A DNA stretch of 64,000 bases. Origin: a virus (taxonomy: Duplodnaviria; Heunggongvirae; Uroviricota; Caudoviricetes). The number at the start of each line of letters is the position of its first letter. Positions within the stretch are counted from its first letter, which is position 1. This document shows positions 1-8,316 of this stretch, piece after piece. The translations under genes and the position numbers were made by a program. Where the stretch lies: IMG/VR virus record IMGVR_UViG_3300010882_000010. One strand, 5' to 3'. The notes beneath the pieces were generated by a model. The model saw only the letters and a list, made by a program, of their open reading frames with translations. It was not told where the DNA came from and made no database searches.

Positions 1-2
1 AT

Positions 3-1514
3 ACGTTTACGAACATATTAAGTAATCATACTGTAACTGCATACTTTGGACAGAATTTAGGAACCTTAGTATTTGATACGACGTTAGCAACAGAAGGAAC
101 GGTTGAATATAGTTACACAAGTGGAGGTCCTTACATTACAGTTCCTCCAAACGCAATAACACAAGTAAAAGCCTCTCCGGGAACATTGGTTTACAATCGA
201 GTATCGCCAAACTCTGGCTATATTTTAACAACAATTTTAACGGGAAGTACATTAAACGGTACTGACATTTTACCTCAACATGGTCCTTATCTTGCACATG
301 GTCCCGTTGCAGTTGCAAATATAACTATTCCAGGCACAAACCAAGTGCGGTATGTTAAATATTTGATTGAACAAAGATTCAGTAATACAACGTTTATCCC
401 TGACCCCATTTTTTTAATTGACTTTAAAGATAATAATGATACGATAAACAATGTGGTGCTAACTTGTAAAAATCCGAGTACAAATGTAGTATCTAAGTTT
501 AATTTAGTTCCTGACAGTCTTATTACAACACAAAACAGTTATGCAACCGATATGAGTGGTGATTTGAAACAATGTTTTCCGAATGTGTTAAAAGTGAATA
601 CAATAGGGTTCGACTACAAAAATCCTAATTGGAGCGCAATGAGAACAGCAATGGGTGAATTTAATCCAAGTAATATATCTCATACTGTTATCGTATTTTC
701 TACAAAAACGCCAAGAACTACGCACATCATCGATAATTCCGGTATCTGTGGAATAGATGGAGTTGGAACTATTGCAGGAGAGGCACATTCTACTATAGAA
801 CGAGGGATTTTTACTAATTTAGGGGGTATGGTAAGATATCCTGGTATTCATAATATGACATATCAGGCACATGGATTAACTTATGGTATTTTGGTTACTT
901 TTTACGATGCATCAAATTGGCGTGCTGATCACATTGTAATGACTGGAATGACATATAATGCAATAGAACAAAATGAGTTTGAAAAAGTAAAAGGTTGGGG
1001 TAATCAATCATATGAATTTCATAGTAAATTTATTGTACCCACACCTCTTAGTTATTCGCAACCTCTTGGGATTGTTCAAACGTTAGCAGGTAACGGAATT
1101 TTAAGTTTATTAAAGTCAAATGGATGTTTTGCGAAAGCAGACATGAAAATTGCCGGACTTGCAATCTATAACGGCGTTCTTACTGATGATCAGCTTCGTA
1201 AAATTTATACGACGAGAACACTTTTAGAGTTCAATTCACCTTTGCGTAACCCTACAATAACTGCAACCTGTTCCGATGGCACCGTGACTACACCAACCAG
1301 TACAATTGCACCCGATGGAAAAATTACAGTTCCAGTAGGCAGTACAATAACCTTTACTTTTACAAGGACAAATCCATTTCATGCACTTAATGCTTTTTAC
1401 ATTGATGGTGTTTTAGGAGATCCTGATACACTAAGTCCAGCAGTAACTTATACTTTCACGAATGTTACGTCAGACCACACAGTGCACGCAGTGTTTGGTA
1501 TGCCAATGAAATGA
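3..1514 (+). CDS. C-terminal part of a tail-fibre or other structural protein with a LamG/concanavalin-like lectin domain; the 5' end lies outside the window.
   Basis: The frame is open from nt 3 with no stop. The motif IAGLAIYNGVLTDDQLRKIY is typical of Laminin_G_3 domains. Thr/Asn-rich repeats such as ...HTVTAYFG and ...HTVHAVFG are present. The 186 start in the ORF track is a TTG inside a longer open frame. Confidence 0.6.
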   Translation, partial: TFTNILSNHTVTAYFGQNLGTLVFDTTLATEGTVEYSYTSGGPYITVPPNAITQVKASPGTLVYNRVSPNSGYILTTILTGSTLNGTDILPQHGPYLAHGPVAVANITIPGTNQVRYVKYLIEQRFSNTTFIPDPIFLIDFKDNNDTINNVVLTCKNPSTNVVSKFNLVPDSLITTQNSYATDMSGDLKQCFPNVLKVNTIGFDYKNPNWSAMRTAMGEFNPSNISHTVIVFSTKTPRTTHIIDNSGICGIDGVGTIAGEAHSTIERGIFTNLGGMVRYPGIHNMTYQAHGLTYGILVTFYDASNWRADHIVMTGMTYNAIEQNEFEKVKGWGNQSYEFHSKFIVPTPLSYSQPLGIVQTLAGNGILSLLKSNGCFAKADMKIAGLAIYNGVLTDDQLRKIYTTRTLLEFNSPLRNPTITATCSDGTVTTPTSTIAPDGKITVPVGSTITFTFTRTNPFHALNAFYIDGVLGDPDTLSPAVTYTFTNVTSDHTVHAVFGMPMK

Positions 1515-1590
1515 TAATACAAAATTTAAATTTAATAAAGTTCTAAAACTTTTTTCATTATTCGAGTAATAATAATAAATTTAAAACAAA

Positions 1591-2856
1591 ATGAATTATT
1601 ACTTAGATACAGAGTTTTATGAATATCATAAAGATATTTTAGTTGGTTTTAGAAATGTTAAGATTCCCACAATTGATTTAATTTCAATAGGAATTGTTTC
1701 AGATGATAATAGAGAGTATTATGCTCTTTGTAGTGAATGTGATATAGACGATGCATGGAATAATAAATGGTTACAGGATAATGTTTTTCGTCCTATTTTT
1801 GATGAACGTCGTCAAAATTGGTTAAAAGATAATCATCTTCCTTACGGTTTAGATAAGTTTTGTAAAAAGACAATAAAGAAAATTTTTAATACTTTTGGAT
1901 TTTCTCGTAAAGAAATTGCAAATCAAATTATACAGTTTGTTTATCCAGAAAAGTACATTGAAAGAGCAGGTTTTGATGTTGGTTGGAATTTTATACCATC
2001 TGATACACTTAATTATGTAAAGTTGGCAAAGGATCTTTGTCAGAATTTAGATTATCCCGTTTTTTATGGTTATTATGCTGATTATGATTGGGTTGTATTT
2101 GCACAGCTTTTTGGTAAGATGATAGATCTTCCTATTGGTTTTCCAATGTATTGTAGAGATTTAAAGCAGATGAAAGATGAAAGAATATTAGAAATTAAAT
2201 CTTTACATGGTAATGGAATTGGTAGATTATTAGGAGATAAAGATGTTACAAATTTAAGTTACGAGTATAATAAGACATGTGAATCTATTCGCCTAGAATT
2301 AGATGAATTACCAAGTTATCCGAAGCAAGAAAATGAGCATAATGCTTTAGCAGATGCAAGATGGAATAGAGAACTTTTTCATTGGCTTATGAAAATTAAG
2401 CCTGAATTTGAAAAACCGAGTACTGAAAATCATGGTAAATGGGAAAAGATTGCAGAAGAGATAGATACTTATTATGAGAAAACAAGACAAGCAGGACATA
2501 CTATAGCAACTTTCGCAAAATCAAAGGAAAAGAGTGGTGTTTATAATCCGGTTAGTGGTGAAATAGAACCAATAGAAGATAGAAAATTTTTTGCATTGGT
2601 ACCAAATAATGCAGATGTGTATGCAACTTTGTTGAATGTACCAATGAAAAATGTTATAACTTTAGAAACATTGCAAAAATTAAAAGGTAGTAGAAAGCCA
2701 ATTGTAATAGATCACACAGTTTTTCAAATGATAATGAGAGGATTATCAGGTGAACTTTATGGATTAAGAGAAATTATCAAAGATAAAGATTTGAAAATTA
2801 AGAAGTTGGAAGATACTATTGAACATGCAAAAGGAATTTTAGAACACTATTGCTAA
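1591..2856 (+). CDS. DEDDh-family 3'-5' exonuclease (DnaQ/RNase T-like) with a C-terminal extension.
   Basis: Exo I motif LDTEF near the N terminus, an Exo II-like YADYDWVVF, and Exo III HNALADARW (H-x-A-x-x-D-A). Confidence 0.75.
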   Translation: MNYYLDTEFYEYHKDILVGFRNVKIPTIDLISIGIVSDDNREYYALCSECDIDDAWNNKWLQDNVFRPIFDERRQNWLKDNHLPYGLDKFCKKTIKKIFNTFGFSRKEIANQIIQFVYPEKYIERAGFDVGWNFIPSDTLNYVKLAKDLCQNLDYPVFYGYYADYDWVVFAQLFGKMIDLPIGFPMYCRDLKQMKDERILEIKSLHGNGIGRLLGDKDVTNLSYEYNKTCESIRLELDELPSYPKQENEHNALADARWNRELFHWLMKIKPEFEKPSTENHGKWEKIAEEIDTYYEKTRQAGHTIATFAKSKEKSGVYNPVSGEIEPIEDRKFFALVPNNADVYATLLNVPMKNVITLETLQKLKGSRKPIVIDHTVFQMIMRGLSGELYGLREIIKDKDLKIKKLEDTIEHAKGILEHYC

Positions 2857-3290
2857 TGAAAACATGTTGGTATTCTTTTTGGCAAGGAGTTAGAAATTTA
2901 ATCCGATATTTTAAGATAGTTTGGAATCATAGAGAATGGGATTATGGTTTTGTATTAAGAATGTTAAAATTTCAGTTAACTGATTTAGGCAATTGTATAG
3001 CAAATGGACATGAAGAAGAAAAAAGTAGAGATAAAAAAGTAAAGAATATCCAAAGAGTTTGTGAAATTCTTGTAAATATCGAGAAAGATGACTACTTAGA
3101 AAGAAGTGGATGGATTCCCGGAAATGTTGAGTTCGTAAGAAAAGATGATAATATTTTTGAAACAAAGTTTGATAATAGACAAAGCGAAGAAGAGATAAAT
3201 CGAATTTTTAAGAAAGCACGGATTTTAGAAGATGGAGAATTTGAAGAGATGTTAGAATTGTTAAAAGGAATGAAAGGTTGGTGGGATTAA
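2850..3290 (+). CDS. Hypothetical protein.
   Basis: 146-aa ORF whose ATG overlaps the stop of the upstream gene (ATGA-type junction). Confidence 0.5.
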   Translation: MLMKTCWYSFWQGVRNLIRYFKIVWNHREWDYGFVLRMLKFQLTDLGNCIANGHEEEKSRDKKVKNIQRVCEILVNIEKDDYLERSGWIPGNVEFVRKDDNIFETKFDNRQSEEEINRIFKKARILEDGEFEEMLELLKGMKGWWD

Positions 3291-3460
3291 AAGATGGAAC
3301 GTAAAGAATTAGAAAGAATTGGGATAAAATTTTATAGTTAAACTAAAATGACATTTGTAATGGTAGATAAACCCGTTGTTATGAATAAATGTAATAAGGA
3401 ATTTTTAGAAAGAAAAGTTGATGGTAAGTATTATCAAGAAATTAAAATAAGTGAAGATTA

Positions 3461-3667
3461 ATGAAACTAGAAATTGAATTGTTAACTTTTGAGGAAGCGC
3501 CAGAATCTCTTAAAGAAAGAGTTTTAGAACATCCATGTAAAGAAAGGATGATGAAAAGTTGGTTTTTAACAAATGAAGAGAATACTACTTTTGTTGCAAT
3601 AGAAGAACCAACACAAGAGGGTTTAGTTGATACTTTTGGTAAGATAATGACATCAAGAGGATTTTAA
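3461..3667 (+). CDS. Hypothetical small acidic protein.
   Basis: 68-aa ORF in the + strand gene train. Confidence 0.4.
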   Translation: MKLEIELLTFEEAPESLKERVLEHPCKERMMKSWFLTNEENTTFVAIEEPTQEGLVDTFGKIMTSRGF

Positions 3668-3684
3668 AATTACAGAGATGAGAA

Positions 3685-4146
3685 GTGGGATTGTTACAAT
3701 TAGCAGGAATTTTGAATTGTCCTGATTTAGATGCAATTTCGGCTCCAGAATCGAGAGGATTAAGAGGTTGTATTGGTATGCAAGGAGTTAGAGGATGTAC
3801 TGGTTTACAAGGATCTCCGGGAATAGTTTTAGGACCAAGAGGAAGTACTGGTATTACAAAAGATTATCTTGAATTAAGAGAAGAGTACTTGGAAAGAAGT
3901 AAAGAATGGATAAGAAAACAAGAAGAGTATTGGAGAGATTGTCCAAAGGGAGATAAAGGTCCAAGAGGTATGATGGGTGTTGAAGATAAAGTTGAAGATA
4001 TTATTAAGGAATATCATGCAAAGAGAAAAGTAGATCATTGTGCCGGCGAAATGTGTCTTGATACTTTTAAAGAAGATTTTGATGTTTTGATTAAAGATTT
4101 ACAGAAGTATTACAATCAACTTTACAATAAGAAGAAAATTGACTAA
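3685..4146 (+). CDS. Collagen-like repeat protein.
   Basis: GTG start. About 11 consecutive G-X-Y triplets (GLRGCIGMQGVRGCTGLQGSPGIVLGPRGSTGI) and a second KGDKGPRGMMGV stretch. Confidence 0.55.
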   Translation: MGLLQLAGILNCPDLDAISAPESRGLRGCIGMQGVRGCTGLQGSPGIVLGPRGSTGITKDYLELREEYLERSKEWIRKQEEYWRDCPKGDKGPRGMMGVEDKVEDIIKEYHAKRKVDHCAGEMCLDTFKEDFDVLIKDLQKYYNQLYNKKKID

Positions 4147-4516
4147 AATGAGAAGACCTGATTATCTATTGATAATGGAAGATTTTAAATTTCCTAGAAC
4201 TATGGAAGATAATTTGTCTATGCAAGCAATTCAAAAGGTTCTTACAACCAACATAATTTCAAAAGATTTTGAAATTGAAGTAGATTTTAGAGATATTTGG
4301 AAAACAAGAGCAATAGAAGAAGGTTTTGATAAAATAGTAGGTTGTATTGAGACTTCTAAAACAGAAGAACAGTTTTTAGCAACAAAGAGGATGATTAAGA
4401 ATTATGATAGGTTGCATGAGTTTGAAAAATTAACAGAATTTTTGCAAATGATTTGTCATTTTTACGAAAGGGGAATTCAGAAGTTAGTAGCAAAAGGAGT
4501 TTTAACAGAATGGTAA
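4139..4516 (+). CDS. Hypothetical protein.
   Basis: 125-aa ORF whose start overlaps the upstream stop. Confidence 0.5.
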   Translation: MTKMRRPDYLLIMEDFKFPRTMEDNLSMQAIQKVLTTNIISKDFEIEVDFRDIWKTRAIEEGFDKIVGCIETSKTEEQFLATKRMIKNYDRLHEFEKLTEFLQMICHFYERGIQKLVAKGVLTEW

Positions 4517-4517
4517 G

Positions 4518-4736
4518 ATGGAAAAGAATTGTAATTTAGGATTATTTTCACACTTTGGATTTAAAGGAAATCCTAAAATTGAGTACAAAACAATAGAGAA
4601 AGCACAGAGGGCAGCAGAAATAATGAAGAAAAGACATGAAATTGAATTTGTACCATATTATTGTCCGCTTTGTCAAAACTACCATATTGGAAAAGATATC
4701 ATAGGAATTAAAGATGACAAAGAAAAGGAAGAGTAG
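4518..4736 (+). CDS. Small Cys-containing protein, paralogue 1 of a tandem triplet (shared C-terminal motif FVPYYCxxCxxYHIGK).
   Basis: 72-aa ORF. Its C terminus VPYYCPLCQNYHIGKD is shared with the next two loci. Confidence 0.55.
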   Translation: MEKNCNLGLFSHFGFKGNPKIEYKTIEKAQRAAEIMKKRHEIEFVPYYCPLCQNYHIGKDIIGIKDDKEKEE

Positions 4737-4914
4737 TAGGGGAATTTTTGGACATGTTAACCATAAAACTAAATTACCAAAAGTAGAATATCCAAATTTA
4801 GTAGAAGCAAGGAAAGTAGCGGAAAAGATGAAAGAAGAAACGGGAATGAATTTTGTACCATATTAGTGTGAATATTGTGGATTTTATCATATTGGAAAGA
4901 ATTACGAATTTTAG
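4714..4914 (+). pseudogene. Paralogue 2 of the small Cys-protein triplet, interrupted by an in-frame TAG (4864-4866) at the conserved Tyr position. Either a pseudogene or a read-through gene.
   Basis: Frame +1 reads MTKKRKSSRGIFGHVNHKTKLPKVEYPNLVEARKVAEKMKEETGMNFVPY*CEYCGFYHIGKNYEF*. The TAG replaces the TAT seen in paralogue 1 (a single T-to-G change). Conservation continues downstream of the TAG. Confidence 0.5.
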
Positions 4915-4916
4915 AA

Positions 4917-5192
4917 ATGAGAACAAGTTTTAAGAGAGTTTTAAAAGGAATTAAACATCAATTACCATTGAAAAGATTGTTTAGAAATTTTTTCATAACA
5001 GGTAATGCATGGGGAATGTTTTCTAAAAATTCTCACATAGTAAGTTCTACAGGTAAAGAAAAAGTTGGTTACAATACAAAAGAAAGTGCTAGAAAAGCAG
5101 CAGATTCAATGCAAAGAAAGTATGGCAATTATTATGCAATTTACTATTGCATATTTTGTGGAAAATATCACATCGGTAAAAATTTAAAGTAA
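4917..5192 (+). CDS. Small Cys-containing protein, paralogue 3 of the triplet.
   Basis: C terminus YYAIYYCIFCGKYHIGKN. The alternative upstream ATG at 4875 overlaps the tail of paralogue 2, so the start is ambiguous. Confidence 0.5.
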   Translation: MRTSFKRVLKGIKHQLPLKRLFRNFFITGNAWGMFSKNSHIVSSTGKEKVGYNTKESARKAADSMQRKYGNYYAIYYCIFCGKYHIGKNLK

Positions 5193-5193
5193 G

Positions 5194-5388
5194 ATGGACG
5201 GAAAAATTAAAGATTGGAAAGGATGGGTAATAGATCCTCCAACGGGTTGGAAGTATGGATTTCCAAAGAAAGTAATGGAAACATGTACTAATTTAGAAAC
5301 TTGGTTGTTAGAAAATGGCTATCCGCAATTTGAAATTGATGCTGGTATGGCTAATTATCTTAGAATGTGGAATGATGAAGAAAACTAG
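5194..5388 (+). CDS. Hypothetical protein.
   Basis: 64-aa ORF directly abutting the previous stop. Confidence 0.45.
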   Translation: MDGKIKDWKGWVIDPPTGWKYGFPKKVMETCTNLETWLLENGYPQFEIDAGMANYLRMWNDEEN

Positions 5389-5391
5389 ATT

Positions 5392-5883
5392 ATGGGATTA
5401 GAAATTGAAAGGAAGTTTTTAGTAGACAGTATAAAATGGTGGAATGAAGATTGGATTCACAAGTTTCATCCACAAGTAATTAAACAAGGTTACGTTACTT
5501 TGGGTGAGATTTTAATTAGATTCAGAACAGTAGACAATAAAGGAGTTGTTGGTTACAAACAAACGAGGGAAGATAATTTGTTGTCAAGAAAAGAGTTTGA
5601 ACAAGAAATTTCTAATAAAGATGCAGAACACTGTTTAGAAAATTTTTGTCACTCTAAAATTGAAAAAAGAAGATACAGAATTTTTCAATGTGAGAAATGG
5701 TGGGAAGTAGATGTTTTTGACGGAGAAAATTCCGGTTTAATAATTGCAGAAATTGAATTAGAGTCAGAAGATGAAAAATTTGAAATTCCTTGGTTTGCTA
5801 AAAAAGAAGTAACAGGAGACAAAAGATATTATAATGAATATCTTGTAATAAATCCTTTTAAAAAATGGAAAGTTGTTACTTAA
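5392..5883 (+). CDS. Hypothetical protein.
   Basis: 163-aa ORF. Confidence 0.55.
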   Translation: MGLEIERKFLVDSIKWWNEDWIHKFHPQVIKQGYVTLGEILIRFRTVDNKGVVGYKQTREDNLLSRKEFEQEISNKDAEHCLENFCHSKIEKRRYRIFQCEKWWEVDVFDGENSGLIIAEIELESEDEKFEIPWFAKKEVTGDKRYYNEYLVINPFKKWKVVT

Positions 5884-5913
5884 TAAAAATAGCTAATAAC
5901 TTCAAAAAATTTT

Positions 5914-5930
5914 GGAATAAATAGTAAAAG
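5914..5930 (+). promoter_or_regulatory. Copy 1 of the conserved 17-nt upstream motif GGAATAAATAGTAAAAG.
   Basis: Exact 17-mer, 15 nt upstream of the tnpB GTG start. Confidence 0.5.
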
Positions 5931-5945
5931 GATATTATTAATAAA

Positions 5946-7301
5946 GTGAAAATATCAAACATAGAAAAGAATCTTCAAATAGCAAAAACTCTTAATCAAA
6001 CAAGATTAAAGAGGAAGAATCAGATTTGTAAAGTTTTTACTGTAAAAATTCAAGAAGATGCTTTAAAACCACAACAGAAAGAGTTTCTTCAAATGGTTTT
6101 CTTAGAAGCAAAGTGGTTGGTTAATCATATCCTTAATTGGAGTCAAGAAAGTGAAGAGAACAAGATATGGGAGTTTAAAGTAGATGGATTAAAGAAAGTT
6201 CAAAGAAAATTAAGAGATGGTTCTTTTGTAGAACAGGAATTGAAGTTTTTAAAAAGTCAAATAAAACAAGAAATTTGTGCAGGAATAGTTGAAGATATTA
6301 AATCATTATTAAAGAAAAAAGAAAAAGGACAAAAAGTTGGTAAGTTAAAGTTTAGAAAAGAAATTACATCAATTGATTTAGTACAATTTGGAATAACTTG
6401 GAAATATTATGATATTACACATGTTGGTATTCAAGGAATGAGTGGTAAAAGAGGAAAGAAATCTAAACTCAAAGTTAATGGCTTATCTCAAATCCCTTCA
6501 AATGCTGAATTCGCAAATGCAAAATTACTTAAAAAACCTTCAGGATACTATCTTGCTATAACAACCTATCTACCTAAAGAATCAAAACAAACTAAACAAT
6601 ACAAAGCCCCTATCGGAATTGATATGGGTTGCCAAACATCATTAACTTTATCAACAGGTGAAAAGATTAATGTTTCGATTAAAGAAAGTGAACGCTTAAA
6701 AAGATTACAGAGAAAACATGCTCGTCAGTATTTGATGAATCCTAAAGGTTCTAATAATCGAAAGAAAACTTTACATCTAATTAAAATTGAGTATGAAAAA
6801 CAAACCAACAAGAAAAACGATCTCGCAAACAAAGTAATTAAGGATCTTTTAGAACATGAAATTATTTTTATGCAAAATGAGAATCTTAAAGGATGGAAGA
6901 AAAAGAAAAGAACTAAAAAAGGAAAGAAACTTAATCATCTTTCTTTTGGTAGACAGATCCAATCTTCAATCCTTGGAAGAGTTAAATCAAAACTTAAAGG
7001 ACATGAAAGAGTAGTTGTAGTAAATCAATTTGAACCTACTTCAAAAACATGTTTACAATGTGGATTTAAGAATGAAGATTTAAAACTTTCAGATAGAAAT
7101 TTTAAGTGTTCTCAATGTGGTTTTGAAATGGATAGGGATATCCATGCAGCTCAAAACATGATTAAGTTTGGTAAGAAACAATTAATAGGGCAGGGACTGT
7201 CCAAATTAACGCCTATAGAGATTGAAGCTCTACATGAAAATTCTTTAAGAAATTTTAATGCAACTTTGGTCGGTGAAGTAGGAACTCAAATAAAAATTTG
7301 A
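5946..7301 (+). CDS. tnpB: TnpB/OrfB-family RuvC-like nuclease (IS200/IS605 accessory protein; an RNA-guided OMEGA nuclease family).
   Basis: RuvC-I APIGIDMGCQT, C4 zinc finger TCLQCG...CSQCG, and RuvC-III DRDIHAAQNM. GTG start 15 nt after a copy of the GGAATAAATAGTAAAAG motif. Confidence 0.85.
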   Translation: MKISNIEKNLQIAKTLNQTRLKRKNQICKVFTVKIQEDALKPQQKEFLQMVFLEAKWLVNHILNWSQESEENKIWEFKVDGLKKVQRKLRDGSFVEQELKFLKSQIKQEICAGIVEDIKSLLKKKEKGQKVGKLKFRKEITSIDLVQFGITWKYYDITHVGIQGMSGKRGKKSKLKVNGLSQIPSNAEFANAKLLKKPSGYYLAITTYLPKESKQTKQYKAPIGIDMGCQTSLTLSTGEKINVSIKESERLKRLQRKHARQYLMNPKGSNNRKKTLHLIKIEYEKQTNKKNDLANKVIKDLLEHEIIFMQNENLKGWKKKKRTKKGKKLNHLSFGRQIQSSILGRVKSKLKGHERVVVVNQFEPTSKTCLQCGFKNEDLKLSDRNFKCSQCGFEMDRDIHAAQNMIKFGKKQLIGQGLSKLTPIEIEALHENSLRNFNATLVGEVGTQIKI

Positions 7302-7367
7302 GAGTTCATAATGAACACTTAAGCACTTGCCCATACAATAAATGGGAGAACAAAAATTAGAAGTAAA

Positions 7368-7817
7368 ATGAAAGGTTTGGATTTAATTGAGTTAGGTTTA
7401 GAAGAGAATACAATAGATGTTGAGATTCCATTTGACAGATTAGAATGTTTGGGACCGATTCAAGAGTATTATCAGTATTTAGTAGACAGAATAGTGTATG
7501 GAAATTCAGAAAGTAAAGACCATTATTCTCAGTGTGTAGAAATGATAGAAGATTTTCAACGGATACATGGTTGTTGGGAACTTACGGATAAACTATGGGA
7601 AATTATGATGTTGAAGTTTAAATTTGGAGATTGTTGGAAAGAAGACTATGAAGAGTTTAAAAGAAGGATTAAAGAAATGCACAAGGAATGGAAGAGTGGT
7701 AAGATGATGAGAGATTTATTGGAAAATTCAGAAGATTTAGATCCTGAAATAGTAGAAATGGTAAATGAAAATTTTTGGAAATTAATCGGGAATGATGAAG
7801 AAATTAGTGAAAATTAG
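7368..7817 (+). CDS. Hypothetical acidic protein.
   Basis: 149-aa ORF. Confidence 0.55.
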   Translation: MKGLDLIELGLEENTIDVEIPFDRLECLGPIQEYYQYLVDRIVYGNSESKDHYSQCVEMIEDFQRIHGCWELTDKLWEIMMLKFKFGDCWKEDYEEFKRRIKEMHKEWKSGKMMRDLLENSEDLDPEIVEMVNENFWKLIGNDEEISEN

Positions 7818-8076
7818 CAAACAAGATTTAGAATACTTGTGGGAGTTTTCTAAGAATGATCCTGGATATTTTTGTGAAGAAAAGCCGGCAGAATACAGAA
7901 AACATCGTAAGATAAAAAAGAGTTGTCCTAATTGTAACAAGTCTTTTGATTTAGCACGTTTACTTTTAGAAGTAGGCGGAGGATATTGGATAGAGAAATT
8001 ATTGGTTTCGGATGAATGTCCAATTTGGCCATGTGAAAAATGTAATGAGTTAATTTGGGTAGTTCAAGAAAGTTAA
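7792..8076 (+). CDS. Hypothetical zinc-ribbon protein.
   Basis: CPNC ... CEKC cysteine pairs. Overlaps the upstream gene. Confidence 0.45.
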   Translation: MMKKLVKISKQDLEYLWEFSKNDPGYFCEEKPAEYRKHRKIKKSCPNCNKSFDLARLLLEVGGGYWIEKLLVSDECPIWPCEKCNELIWVVQES

Positions 8077-8091
8077 AATTAGTTAAAAGAG

Positions 8092-8316
8092 ATGAGAACA
8101 GTTACAGTAACATATGAAACAAGACAAGGAGAACCGGGTTGGGGAGATGGAAGTATGCCACTTTGTGGATTTTACATGTGGGATTCTGATGTTGTAGGAG
8201 ACGGTTGGTGCTCAATTCAAAGCCATAAAACAGGCAATGGTTCAATTGATTTCAAAAAAGATTGCGATAATTGTCATGTTTTAAGAGAAAAAATCAGAGA
8301 ACAAAATGAAGGATAA
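8092..8316 (+). CDS. Hypothetical protein.
   Basis: 74-aa ORF. Confidence 0.4.
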   Translation: MRTVTVTYETRQGEPGWGDGSMPLCGFYMWDSDVVGDGWCSIQSHKTGNGSIDFKKDCDNCHVLREKIREQNEG

